Source of the DNA: Nitrosomonadales bacterium
GTDB taxonomy: Bacteria; Pseudomonadota; Gammaproteobacteria; Burkholderiales; Gallionellaceae
Reading direction: 5' to 3'
Assembly: GCA_016183575.1 (NCBI GenBank)
Contig: JACPEI010000048.1
Location: 848-55,511 of the forward strand
DNA length: 54,664 nucleotides
Under the pieces are notes generated by a model. It was not told the DNA's origin, did not search any database, and saw nothing but the letters and a program-made list of their open reading frames with translations. Below, piece by piece: positions 24,930 to 36,378 of the stretch; position 1 is the first letter of the stretch, and the number at the start of each line of letters is the position of its first letter. The translations under genes and the position numbers were made by a program.

Positions 24930-24938
24930 TGTGGATAA
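24930..24938 (-). promoter_or_regulatory. DnaA box in the dnaA promoter region
   Basis: TGTGGATAA is the reverse complement of consensus TTATCCACA. Confidence 0.85.
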
Positions 24939-25004
24939 GTTTTCGCTTGCACTGTAGAATACTGCAACTTTTACTGCTGTCGAGCCATTCCTTTCAACGC
25001 AATT

Positions 25005-26360
25005 ATGCAGGACATTTCTTTTTGGGATTCATGCCTCCGCTCGTTCGAAAAGAGCCTGCCGCCGCAACAATACAACTCGTGGATAAAACCATTGCTCCTC
25101 CAGAACGAAAATGGATCGCTGGTACTGACCGCACCGAACACCTTTACCCTGAAGCTTGTCCAGGAACGTTTTCTTCCCGAGATCAGCCGGCAAGCAAGCT
25201 TGGCTTACTCGCGAATTCCGCTATTTGAATTTCGTGTTCTTGAAACAGAACCTGCGGCCAAGCCTCGCGAAGCAACTCCGCAAAAAACCACCACCCCCGT
25301 TCACGATAGCAAACCCAAAGTCGAGACTTCATTCCGTAGTTACGGAAAGCTTAACCCCAACCTGACCTTCGACAACTTTGTAATCGGCAAAGCCAATCAG
25401 CTTGCTTTTGCCGCAGCCACGCAGGTCGCCGAATTACCCGGCGCCTCCTATAACCCACTGTTTATTTATGGCGGAGTCGGTTTGGGCAAAACTCACCTGA
25501 TCCAGGCGATGGGTAATCAAATCAAGGTTAACAACCCGCAGGCAAAAATTTGCTATATGCACGCCGAGCGATATGTTTCCGATGTGGTGCGTGCTTACCA
25601 GTCCAACAAGTTTGAAGAATTCAAACAGTATTACCATTCTCTCGATATCCTGCTGATCGACGATATTCAATTTTTCGCCGGCAAAACCAAGACGCAAGAA
25701 GAATTTTTCTACGCCTTCAACACCCTCATCGATTCGCATAAGCAAGTCATTATGACTAGTGATACCTTCCCCAAGGAAATTGCCGGGCTTGATAGCCGCC
25801 TGATTTCACGTTTTGGATGGGGACTTACTGTCGCTATCGAACCGCCGGAATTAGAAATGCGCGTAGCCATTTTGCTGAAAAAAGCCAGCCTGGGCGGTTA
25901 TGTGCTTGACGAAGCGGTCGCTTTTTTTATCGCCAAACACGTCAATTCAAATGTTCGCGAGCTTGAGGGTGCTTTAAAGCGCGTCGAAGCCTATGCAAAA
26001 TTTCATCGTCGCGTCATTTCCGTTGAAACGGCAAAAGAAGCCATGAAGGACATCCTGATTGCGCAAAACCGGCAGATTTCCATCGATAATATACAAAAAA
26101 CGGTTGCCGATTATTACCATATCAAGATGGCTGACCTGCTTTCGAAAAAAAGAACACGGAACTTGACCAGGCCACGGCAAACGGCCATGTCGCTCGCTCG
26201 TGAACTAACTACCATGAGCCTGCCTGAAATTGGCAACGCCTTTGGCGGAAAAGATCATTCGACGGTGATACATGCCTGCAAAATGATAGTAAATCTCAGG
26301 GCGCTGGATACTACAATCGATGCGGATTACAAAATCCTGCTGCAAACTTTACGGGGATAA
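25005..26360 (+). CDS. dnaA: Chromosomal replication initiator DnaA
   Basis: YNPLFIYGGVGLGKT, LLIDDIQF, SNVRELEGA, GGKDHSTV. Confidence 0.98.
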   Translation: MQDISFWDSCLRSFEKSLPPQQYNSWIKPLLLQNENGSLVLTAPNTFTLKLVQERFLPEISRQASLAYSRIPLFEFRVLETEPAAKPREATPQKTTTPVHDSKPKVETSFRSYGKLNPNLTFDNFVIGKANQLAFAAATQVAELPGASYNPLFIYGGVGLGKTHLIQAMGNQIKVNNPQAKICYMHAERYVSDVVRAYQSNKFEEFKQYYHSLDILLIDDIQFFAGKTKTQEEFFYAFNTLIDSHKQVIMTSDTFPKEIAGLDSRLISRFGWGLTVAIEPPELEMRVAILLKKASLGGYVLDEAVAFFIAKHVNSNVRELEGALKRVEAYAKFHRRVISVETAKEAMKDILIAQNRQISIDNIQKTVADYYHIKMADLLSKKRTRNLTRPRQTAMSLARELTTMSLPEIGNAFGGKDHSTVIHACKMIVNLRALDTTIDADYKILLQTLRG

Positions 26361-26559
26361 TTTAGTGGATTGAGTGTGCACAGAATGTTAATAGTTCATT
26401 ATTCTATGAGAAGCTTATAAGTTATCCACATTACTATTGCAACTTATCAACAACAATTCTTTGTAGTTTGTTATTTTATATTTCGATGTATCAAAAGGTT
26501 TTTTTGGGTTGTTAACACAATTTTGGATGCTCTATTAGCTCTTATTAAAGGTTTATATT
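26361..26559. other. Probable oriC (dnaA-dnaN spacer)
   Basis: Very AT-rich; perfect DnaA box TTATCCACA at 26422-26430, near-match TTATCAACA at 26444-26452, further degenerate boxes; parS sites on both sides. Confidence 0.8.
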
Positions 26560-27666
26560 ATGTTTATTGAAAAGACAGATAAAGAAATCATACTCAAACC
26601 ATTGCAAGTAGTCATTGGTATCGTAGAACGAAAACAAACATTACCTATTCTGTCGAATGTCCTGATGGAAAATCAGGATGGCAAGATACGTTTTACAACG
26701 ACAGATTTGGAAATACAAATTACGACGACCATCGATACCGGTATAAGAGGCGGGCAAAATGCAGCTTTTACAGTTGGGGGCAAAAAATTCCAGGAAATAC
26801 TTAGAGTTCTTCCCGATCAAAGCAAAATAACCATAGATACCAAGGAAAACAAGGCGCAAATCAAAACAAACAAAAGCCGCTTTAGTTTGCAAACATTGCC
26901 TGCGCAAGATTTTCCCCAATTGAGCAATCAACTGGAAAACACGAAAAAAATTGTGCTGCCACAAAAAGAACTGAAAGATTTGCTGCTTTCCGTTCAATAC
27001 GCAATGGCGCAACAAGATGTGCGTTATTACCTTAACGGCGTTTTACTGATTATCGATGGCGACAAACTCAAGGTGGTAGCTACCGATGGGCATCGTCTTG
27101 CTTACAATGCCGGTGCCATTGATGGCCATTATGAAAAACAGGAAATCATCCTGCCGCGCAAAGCCGTCTCGGAATTATCCAAATTACTGGCGGATAACGA
27201 TGAAAGTGTCGAACTTGAATTTTCGCAACAACAGGTTAAGGTTACTTTCTCCGGTATTACCCTGATAACAAAAGTAATTGAAGGAAAATTTCCCGATTAT
27301 GAACGCGTCATACCAAAATACAACAATCACCTCAATATGGAGCGAGTCGTAATGCAACAGGCTTTGCAACGTGCCGCAATATTATCCAATGAAAAATTCA
27401 GGGGCGTGCGTTTTGTGTTGACTGAAAAAAACCTCAGCATTATTAGCAGCAATAGCGAACAGGAAGAGGCGCAGGAAGAAATTGAAACCGACTACCACGG
27501 TGAACCATTGGATATCGGCTTCAACGTCAACTACCTGATGGATGGGTTAAACAATATCAGCAGCAGCACCGCCACTTTCTCGTTCGGCGATCCGAACAGC
27601 AGCATTCTGATGACCACACCGGAAAATCAGGAATTCCGTTATGTAGTCATGCCGATGCGCATTTAG
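26560..27666 (+). CDS. dnaN: DNA polymerase III beta clamp
   Basis: QTLPILSN, AQQDVRYYLNG, VATDGHRL, FPDYERVIP, YVVMPMRI. Confidence 0.98.
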   Translation: MFIEKTDKEIILKPLQVVIGIVERKQTLPILSNVLMENQDGKIRFTTTDLEIQITTTIDTGIRGGQNAAFTVGGKKFQEILRVLPDQSKITIDTKENKAQIKTNKSRFSLQTLPAQDFPQLSNQLENTKKIVLPQKELKDLLLSVQYAMAQQDVRYYLNGVLLIIDGDKLKVVATDGHRLAYNAGAIDGHYEKQEIILPRKAVSELSKLLADNDESVELEFSQQQVKVTFSGITLITKVIEGKFPDYERVIPKYNNHLNMERVVMQQALQRAAILSNEKFRGVRFVLTEKNLSIISSNSEQEEAQEEIETDYHGEPLDIGFNVNYLMDGLNNISSSTATFSFGDPNSSILMTTPENQEFRYVVMPMRI

Positions 27667-27676
27667 TAAATTTTTG

Positions 27677-27692
27677 TGTTTCACGTGAAACA
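27677..27692. promoter_or_regulatory. parS centromere site
   Basis: Perfect TGTTTCACGTGAAACA between dnaN and gyrB. Confidence 0.92.
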
Positions 27693-27698
27693 AATTAA

Positions 27699-30095
<2,397 letters not shown>

Positions 30096-30101
30096 AAGGC
30101 G

Positions 30102-30128
30102 CGGGGCTGCCTTCAAGAGGCAGCCCCG
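30102..30128 (+). terminator. Stem-loop after gyrB (possible terminator, no U-tract)
   Basis: CGGGGCTGCCT-TCAAG-AGGCAGCCCCG, 11-bp stem. Confidence 0.45.
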
Positions 30129-30198
30129 GCATGCCGGTAAAAACCCGCAGCTTCCCCCTGCTCCAAATAACATTTCAAATTCGAAACGAAATTTAGCC

Positions 30199-31377
30199 AT
30201 GTCCACTCCAATGACGTTTTTCCCCTCTCGTATTCAGGAGGCCGTCGAGGCCGTTCCTGGAATTTCCCCCATCGTGGGCAACCGCGTGGAATTGCAACTG
30301 CTCACCACCCTGACCTGCAACCTGAAATGCACCTATTGCTCGCTCGGCGTGGGCGATATGGTCGGCTCACAGGGTGAGGTTTCCTATACCACCGAGGCGT
30401 TGGACGCCTTCATCAAGAAACATCTTTCCGAGCATGAAGTTTATGTCACCTTCTACGGTGGCGAACCAACCCTAAATCTCGATTTCATCAAGGAGATCAT
30501 GGCGCGCTACCCCACCTTCCGCTTCCAGCTGCAGACCAATGGCACGCTGCTGGACAACTTGCCGGACAGCATCCTGACCAACCTCTCCAACATCCTGCTT
30601 TCCATCGACGGCGGCGAGGCGATCACCGATGGTTTCCGCGGACGCGGCGTGTACCGGCAGGTGGTCAAGAACACCGAGGCGGTGCGCGACCGGATGAAGG
30701 GCAGCTTCACGGCGCGCGTGACCTGGAGCAGCGAGGAGACCTCGTTCGAGGAACTGGACGAGCTGGCGAACACCTTCGATTACGTGTATTTCCAGTTCGT
30801 CGCCGGAGAAGGCACCTATACCCCCGCCGCGATGGAAAAGAAAAAAGCGGTGATCACGCAGTTGGTCGACAAGTTCTTCTCCTCCAGCGACAAGCTGTAC
30901 CCGATCATCCCGATCATGGGGATCGTGCGCAACAAGGTGCTGCCGACGCGCGCCACCGAGTTGTATCACGGCAAGACCCAATGCCGCGTATCCACACATA
31001 TCCTCAACGTGATGCCGGACGGCAAGATTTTCCCCTGCCCCGATATGATGTACGCGCCCGAGATGCTGCAGGGCGACGTGATCGCGAACTGGCTCAAACC
31101 CAGCCCGCTGCAGCCGCACCCCGACATGCCGTGCGACCGCTGCGAGGCGCAGCCCTGGTGCCGCGGCAATTGCATGAAAAACCTCTATCTCGCCTACGTG
31201 AAAAACGACCAGCGCTACCGCGACAACGTCGTCGACCCGATCTGCGACCTGGTCAGGTTCCTGGGCAGGGAAATAGACCGCCACGACCCGCTTGCCTGGT
31301 ACGCGAAAGCCCCGCTGGACGTGCGCAAGACCCTGCGCGACTGCGAGATCTACGAATATGTGGAAATCATGCCCTGA
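30199..31377 (+). CDS. Radical SAM/SPASM-domain protein
   Basis: CNLKCTYC (CxxxCxxC), FYGGEP, QTNG, SIDG; C-terminal Cys cluster C...PCPD...CDRC.....CRGNC...C. Confidence 0.9.
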   Translation: MSTPMTFFPSRIQEAVEAVPGISPIVGNRVELQLLTTLTCNLKCTYCSLGVGDMVGSQGEVSYTTEALDAFIKKHLSEHEVYVTFYGGEPTLNLDFIKEIMARYPTFRFQLQTNGTLLDNLPDSILTNLSNILLSIDGGEAITDGFRGRGVYRQVVKNTEAVRDRMKGSFTARVTWSSEETSFEELDELANTFDYVYFQFVAGEGTYTPAAMEKKKAVITQLVDKFFSSSDKLYPIIPIMGIVRNKVLPTRATELYHGKTQCRVSTHILNVMPDGKIFPCPDMMYAPEMLQGDVIANWLKPSPLQPHPDMPCDRCEAQPWCRGNCMKNLYLAYVKNDQRYRDNVVDPICDLVRFLGREIDRHDPLAWYAKAPLDVRKTLRDCEIYEYVEIMP

Positions 31378-31442
31378 TGCGGTGACAATATGCGGCGACA
31401 CCACGATTCGCCCGCAAAATGGATTTATAGAGGTTGCCCAAG

Positions 31443-31907
31443 ATGAAATCGAACAAGCTCGCTCTAGCCGCCCTGCTGCTCTGGGTCATCACGATTGCCG
31501 TATTTGCCTGGTTCTTCATACGCGGGAACACCACGGCGGGAAGCGACGGAAGAACTGCGATCGTGTTACAGCCCGCCGAGCGCGACTTCGTCATGACCGA
31601 GATGCGCGGGCTGCTGGCCGCGACGCAGGAGATCATGGATGCCGGCAGCCAGAATGATACGCCGCGCATCGTCAAGGCGGCACGCGGCGCGGGCATGGCG
31701 GGTGCGGCGGACGTCAACCCGGCGCTGATGGTGAAGCTGCCGGTCGAATTCAAGAAGCTGGCCATGGGCATGCACGGCGACATGGATGAGATCGCCAAGG
31801 CCGGCGAAAGCGGCAAACCGGCGCCGGAGTTGCTGAAAATGACCTCCAATGCGCTGCAAAAATGCGTGGCCTGTCATGCCGCGTGGCAGATCAAGGCGGC
31901 AAATTAA
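31443..31907 (+). CDS. Membrane-anchored/exported monoheme c-type cytochrome (class II-like)
   Basis: N-terminal hydrophobic helix; single CVACH heme motif near the C-terminus; GAGG upstream. Confidence 0.75.
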   Translation: MKSNKLALAALLLWVITIAVFAWFFIRGNTTAGSDGRTAIVLQPAERDFVMTEMRGLLAATQEIMDAGSQNDTPRIVKAARGAGMAGAADVNPALMVKLPVEFKKLAMGMHGDMDEIAKAGESGKPAPELLKMTSNALQKCVACHAAWQIKAAN

Positions 31908-31976
31908 GGTATAGAATTAGGCCAAACGCGTTTTAGGGTGTCTGCTTTACGTTAGGCCAATTTAAGGAGGTTCACT

Positions 31977-32714
31977 GTGAAAAAAACAATAACGCTTGCC
32001 ACTGCTGTAATTACAGCATTTCTAACAGGATGTGCCGGGATGCAACAATTAAACGATCCTGCACTATCCAAGAATGATATTGATGTTGCGAATCTTCTTG
32101 CTCCGCGTCAGATACCGTATGAAATAAAAAGTGTGGATGGTGTTTCTGTTAGCTACAATTTGTTTTATGCAGCCAGTGGCAACATGGACGGATATAGAGC
32201 AACGCTAATCATCAGAAATGACACGGATCAAACAATTACTTTCAAGCCAGATTTGTTGTTTAAGGATGCAAGTGGATTCATCATTCAGCCATATAGCTAT
32301 GGTGGGTTTGTCCAATTTGCGGCTGCGCTTGCAGGAACCTATGTTCCACCTGTTTCAAATTCTACAAACAACTCCTACTACAGCAGTGGGACTATAACCA
32401 GCAATACCGGTGAGCGTTACAACTATGCTGGCACAACAACTCAAAATAGCGGTGGATTTGCTGGCGGATTTGCCAGTGGATGGGCGAAGGGTATGGCGCA
32501 AAAAGCAGCCAATGACCAAGAGGAAGGGCGAGTCATGTTGCAATGGGCGAATAGTTTTTGGCTAAAGGATAGCTATACACTTCCGCCAAAATCTGCGGCA
32601 TCTGGGGCGCTATTTTACCCCGCACCAAAACTGGGACAGTTGCCTATACAGTTCACCGTCTCACTAGGAAGCAGGAAATATGAATTCCTTACTGTATCTG
32701 CCGCAAAAAAATAA
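31977..32714 (+). CDS. Hypothetical lipoprotein (cassette-like, AT-rich)
   Basis: AAGGAGG RBS, GTG start, signal peptide with LTGC lipobox; preceded by GTTAGGC at 31951 and followed by an attC-like site. Confidence 0.8.
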   Translation: MKKTITLATAVITAFLTGCAGMQQLNDPALSKNDIDVANLLAPRQIPYEIKSVDGVSVSYNLFYAASGNMDGYRATLIIRNDTDQTITFKPDLLFKDASGFIIQPYSYGGFVQFAAALAGTYVPPVSNSTNNSYYSSGTITSNTGERYNYAGTTTQNSGGFAGGFASGWAKGMAQKAANDQEEGRVMLQWANSFWLKDSYTLPPKSAASGALFYPAPKLGQLPIQFTVSLGSRKYEFLTVSAAKK

Positions 32715-32754
32715 GCGCAAAAATATGGAGTCAGGTTTTGCAATCAAGCAACCA

Positions 32755-32823
32755 GCCTAACTCTGCTGTCTGCATTCGAGCGGGGCTGCGCAAAGCGTGC
32801 AGCCCCTTACCTCCGCGCTAGCC
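32755..32823 (+). mobile_element. Degenerate integron attC site
   Basis: R'' GCCTAAC, central hairpin GGGGCTGCGC-AAA-GCGTGCAGCCCC, R'-like GCTAGCC (one mismatch to GTTRRRY at the GTT, one at the third R). Confidence 0.65.
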
Positions 32824-33461
32824 ACTACAGAATGCGAGAGCAGATTGTTCAACTTATCGAACAAAAATTGACGCAGGCTTTGCGAGAAGTTGATATGCTC
32901 ACGAATGAGCGCATACGCGCAGCATGGTCTGACATTAGTCCATCGCCGAGTTGCCCATCGGTAGGCGCAGTAATGAAGGCAATTCATCAAGCATTAGTCC
33001 ACGGTTATCGAGAGCGCGAGCATGTGGCAAAGGAAGTTATCCATTCCACACTCACGCCAATTCACGCTGAATTGACGACCCGACTTGTCGAAGAAACAAT
33101 GGCGTTGACCACTAAGGCATTCCCAAACGATACCTTTCTTACTCTCGCGCAACACACCCCGGATGTGTACCTACGGAGCAATGCTCCGTCAAACAAGTAC
33201 GAGAAGAGTGTTTACTCGCTGGAATATGCTTTGTTAACCACTAGCGTGCATATTTCGGAGCATCGTGACCGCTCATTTCGCTAAGTCGTGACCAGCGATT
33301 TCGGTCTATCGTGACCGGCTGTTTCGCTAAGTCGTGACCGATTTTGGGCGTCGACCGAAATGAGCGGTCACGACTTAGCGAAATAAAAATCAGCAAAGAA
33401 GAGATGTTGCGCATGAACTAGGAGACCGCGCATCCTCCCGCGATTTTGGCGGGGGAATGAA

Positions 33462-35027
33462 ATGCCGGTAAGACAAGTGTCCATGCGTAAAATCAAAGAA
33501 TGCCTGCGTATGAAATGGTCGTGCGGACTCTCGCACGCCCAGATCGCCAAAGCCTTGGGGCTATCCAAGGGCGTGATCAGCAAATACGCCCAACTGGCCC
33601 TTGCGGCTGGCCTGGATTGGGATAAGGTTTTATCCCTCGATGAAACAGCACTACAGCACCTGCTCATCCCCGGCACCAAGCGTCACCGTGGCGCACGCCC
33701 TCTGCCTGACTGGGCAATCGTTCATCGCGAGATGCACAAGAAAGGCATCACGCTGCAATTGCTGTGGGAAGAGTATGTCGAAGCCCATAATGGGGTTGCC
33801 ACCTACCGCTACACGCAGTTCTGCAGCCTGTACCACGACCATGCCGCCACGCTCAAACGCTCCATGCGCCAGATCCACCGCGCCGGCGAGAAACTGTTCA
33901 TCGACTATGCCGGGCCCACCGTGCCGATCATCGATCAGCTCTCGGGCGAGATTAGTCAGGCGCACATCTTCGTCGCCGTGCTGGGCGCATCCAATTACAC
34001 CTATGCGTGTGCCACGGCCAGAGAGACGCAGGCGGACTGGTTGCGCGGCTTGACGGGTGCGCTCCACTTCATCGGCGGCGTGCCGGAAATGATCGTGCCG
34101 GACTGCCCCAAAGCGCTGGTCACCGACGCCGACAGGTATGAACCGTTGATCAATCGCGTGGCACAAGACTGCGCGCGTCACTACGGCACGGTGATCCTGC
34201 CGGCGCGGCCGCGCCACCCCCAGGACAAGGCACTGGCCGAAGTCGGCGTGCAAATCGTCGAGCGCTGGATATTGGCCCGGTTACGCCGTCGCACCTTCTT
34301 CAGCCTGGCCGAACTCAATCAGGCCATCCGCCCGTTGCTGGATGACTTGAATCGCCGCCCTTTCCAGAAGAAGGATGGCTGCCGTGAAGAGTGGTTCCAG
34401 CTGCTGGATCGCCCCGTCCTTAAAGTGCTGCCGGCTCACCCTTACGAGATAGCGACCTTCAAATACTGCAAGGTCAACATCGACTATCACGTCGACATCG
34501 AAGGGCATTACTACAGCGTGCCGCACAGCCTGGTCAGACAGGAGCTGGAGGCGCGCATCACCTGCGCCACGGTGGAATTGCTGTTTCGCGGCAGCCGGGT
34601 TGCGTGCCATGCCAAAAGCACCAAGCGCGGGGCCCACACCACGGTTTCGGCGCACATGCCGGCGGCACACCGCGCGCATCTGGAATGGTCGCCGCAACGC
34701 TTGCTGGACTGGGGGCGTGACATCGGTCCGAACACCCATCGCATTGTGGATTACCAGTTGACCAGCAAACCGCATCCGGAGATGGGCTACCGGGCGTGCT
34801 TAGGGTTGCTATCGCTGGCACGCCAGTACGGCAGAGAACGGCTTGAGGCAGCGTGTGCCAGGGCGGTCTCGCTCGGCGCACCCAATCGCCGCTCGGTCGT
34901 CAATATCCTGAAGGCCGGACTGGACAGCAAACCACTGCCAGCCACTCCCAAAGAGCAACAAGCGGCACAAACCGACTGGATCTCCCCGCTCCATGGCAAT
35001 GTGCGTGGCTCCAGTTATTACCACTGA
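33462..35027 (+). CDS. istA: IS21 transposase
   Basis: N-terminal [50 protein letters not shown]. Confidence 0.95.
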   Translation: MPVRQVSMRKIKECLRMKWSCGLSHAQIAKALGLSKGVISKYAQLALAAGLDWDKVLSLDETALQHLLIPGTKRHRGARPLPDWAIVHREMHKKGITLQLLWEEYVEAHNGVATYRYTQFCSLYHDHAATLKRSMRQIHRAGEKLFIDYAGPTVPIIDQLSGEISQAHIFVAVLGASNYTYACATARETQADWLRGLTGALHFIGGVPEMIVPDCPKALVTDADRYEPLINRVAQDCARHYGTVILPARPRHPQDKALAEVGVQIVERWILARLRRRTFFSLAELNQAIRPLLDDLNRRPFQKKDGCREEWFQLLDRPVLKVLPAHPYEIATFKYCKVNIDYHVDIEGHYYSVPHSLVRQELEARITCATVELLFRGSRVACHAKSTKRGAHTTVSAHMPAAHRAHLEWSPQRLLDWGRDIGPNTHRIVDYQLTSKPHPEMGYRACLGLLSLARQYGRERLEAACARAVSLGAPNRRSVVNILKAGLDSKPLPATPKEQQAAQTDWISPLHGNVRGSSYYH

Positions 35028-35058
35028 TCGCAGCACAACCCGAGAAAGGAAACATACG

Positions 35059-35823
35059 ATGTTGGCACAACACACTATGACGCAATTAAAATCACTCAAG
35101 CTGGACGGCATGGCTCGCGCACTGGAGGAGCAACAGATCATGCCTGCCAGCCAGGAACTGGCGTTTGAAGACCGGCTGGGACTGCTGGTCGAGCGAGAAA
35201 TCGTCTGGCGCGACAACCGGCGTCTGGAGCGGCTATTGCGCCAAGCCAAACTCAAACAGGCGCAAGCCTGCATGGAGGACATCGACTATCGCGGCAGTCG
35301 TGGATTGGACAAGCGGTTCATGGTCACGCTGGCCGGATGCGAGTGGATTCGGCGTCAGCAAAACGTGCTGCTGACCGGCCCCACCGGCGCGGGCAAGACA
35401 TGGCTGGCTTGTGCGTTGGGAAATCAGGCCTGCAGGCAGGGTTTCTCGGTGATGTATGTGCGCGTGCCGCGCTTGCTGGAACAGTTGCGCATCGCGCACG
35501 GCGACGGGAGCTTTGGCAAGCTGCTGGCTCAGTTGGCCAGGATCGATGTGCTGCTATTGGATGACTGGGGACTGACGCCGCTGCAATCATCCGAACGGCA
35601 TGACTTGCTGGAGCTGGTGGATGACCGGGTCAACGCACGTTCTACCATCATCACCAGTCAGTTGCCGGTGGAGCATTGGCACGCCTGGCTGAATGATCCC
35701 ACGCTGGCGGATGCCATTCTCGACCGGCTGGTGCATGCATCACATCGCGTCGCGCTGAAGGGTGAATCGCTCAGAAAAAAACCCGCCGAAACCACTTTGA
35801 CAGAATCTATCGTGACCGATTGA
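35059..35823 (+). CDS. istB: IS21 helper ATPase
   Basis: GPTGAGKT Walker A, LLLDDWG Walker [14 protein letters not shown]; AAGGA RBS before ATG at 35059. Confidence 0.96.
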   Translation: MLAQHTMTQLKSLKLDGMARALEEQQIMPASQELAFEDRLGLLVEREIVWRDNRRLERLLRQAKLKQAQACMEDIDYRGSRGLDKRFMVTLAGCEWIRRQQNVLLTGPTGAGKTWLACALGNQACRQGFSVMYVRVPRLLEQLRIAHGDGSFGKLLAQLARIDVLLLDDWGLTPLQSSERHDLLELVDDRVNARSTIITSQLPVEHWHAWLNDPTLADAILDRLVHASHRVALKGESLRKKPAETTLTESIVTD

Positions 35824-36160
35824 GGTAAAATCCAACCCCCGCGCAACATCCTTCAAATAGCGGTCACGATAGACCGAAACAGCTGGTCACGTTGAGCGAA
35901 ATACGCACACTAGCGCTGCAAACATCGCGCGCCAATCTGTGGCAAACATTCAGACCTTACTCAATGAAATGCTGCTACACGAGGTCATCGCAAATCCGAC
36001 TTGGTGGAAGCGCGCCCTGTCTGCCTTCTGGGAATTCGTTGCCGTTCCACTCGTAAAGTGGGTCTTCAGCATCATCTCTGCCGTTGCTATAGCCGCGCTT
36101 ATATACGTTTTGGGCTTCAGGTCGTAACAACATTGGATACACGGTCTTACTGTAGTTCTG

Positions 36161-36186
36161 GCCTAACCCTGCATTCGAGAGGGACT
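36161..36186 (+). mobile_element. Truncated attC (left half only)
   Basis: GCCTAACCCTGCATTCGAGAGGGAC shares GCCTAAC and TGCATTCGAG.GGG with the 32755 site; no right half seen. Confidence 0.55.
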
Positions 36187-36207
36187 CAGGACAGGCTTAT
36201 TGACGCC

Positions 36208-36291
36208 CTACGAGTTGGTTTTGCTCTTAACCGTTTTCTTGGATGCAGCAGCTTTCTTCGCGGCAGGCTTGGCCGCCTTCGTAGCGGTTAG
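36208..36291 (-). pseudogene. Relic duplicate of the topA 3' end
   Basis: Minus strand reads LTATKAAKPAAKKAAASKKTVKSKTNS*, resembling the TopA tail ...AKPAAKKAAAKK...KKAVKSKA*. Confidence 0.65.
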
Positions 36292-36307
36292 CTGCAAGCC
36301 AATAAAC

Positions 36308-36332
36308 ACAAGGCCTGCAGAGCAGGCCTTGT
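36308..36332 (-). terminator. Probable topA terminator
   Basis: ACAAGGCCTGC-AGA-GCAGGCCTTGT stem, followed by GTTTATT on the minus strand. Confidence 0.6.
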
Positions 36333-36378
36333 TATAACGTGCTATAGCCGCCCGGTAGAGGCGCGGCAAGGGTAAGGG

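Larger units (their letters stand above)
33247..35907 (+). mobile_element. IS21-family insertion sequence, 2661 bp
   Basis: TG...CA ends (TGCATATTTCG / CGAAATACGCA), multiple subterminal CGTGACC repeats, 8-bp target duplication CACTAGCG (33239-33246, 35908-35915), istA-istB. Confidence 0.96.
32832..36127 (+). pseudogene. Hypothetical membrane-anchored protein interrupted by IS21
   Basis: Joining 32832-33246 to 35916-36127 restores one 208-aa frame (…LLTTS-AANIARQSVANIQT…) with a C-terminal TM helix. Confidence 0.85.

Noticed and set aside
33262-33385. Tandem ~23-nt TCGTGACC...TTTCG repeats resembling a mini-CRISPR or iterons
   Set aside because: They are IS21 subterminal transposase-binding repeats, mirrored at the right end, with no unique spacers or cas genes.
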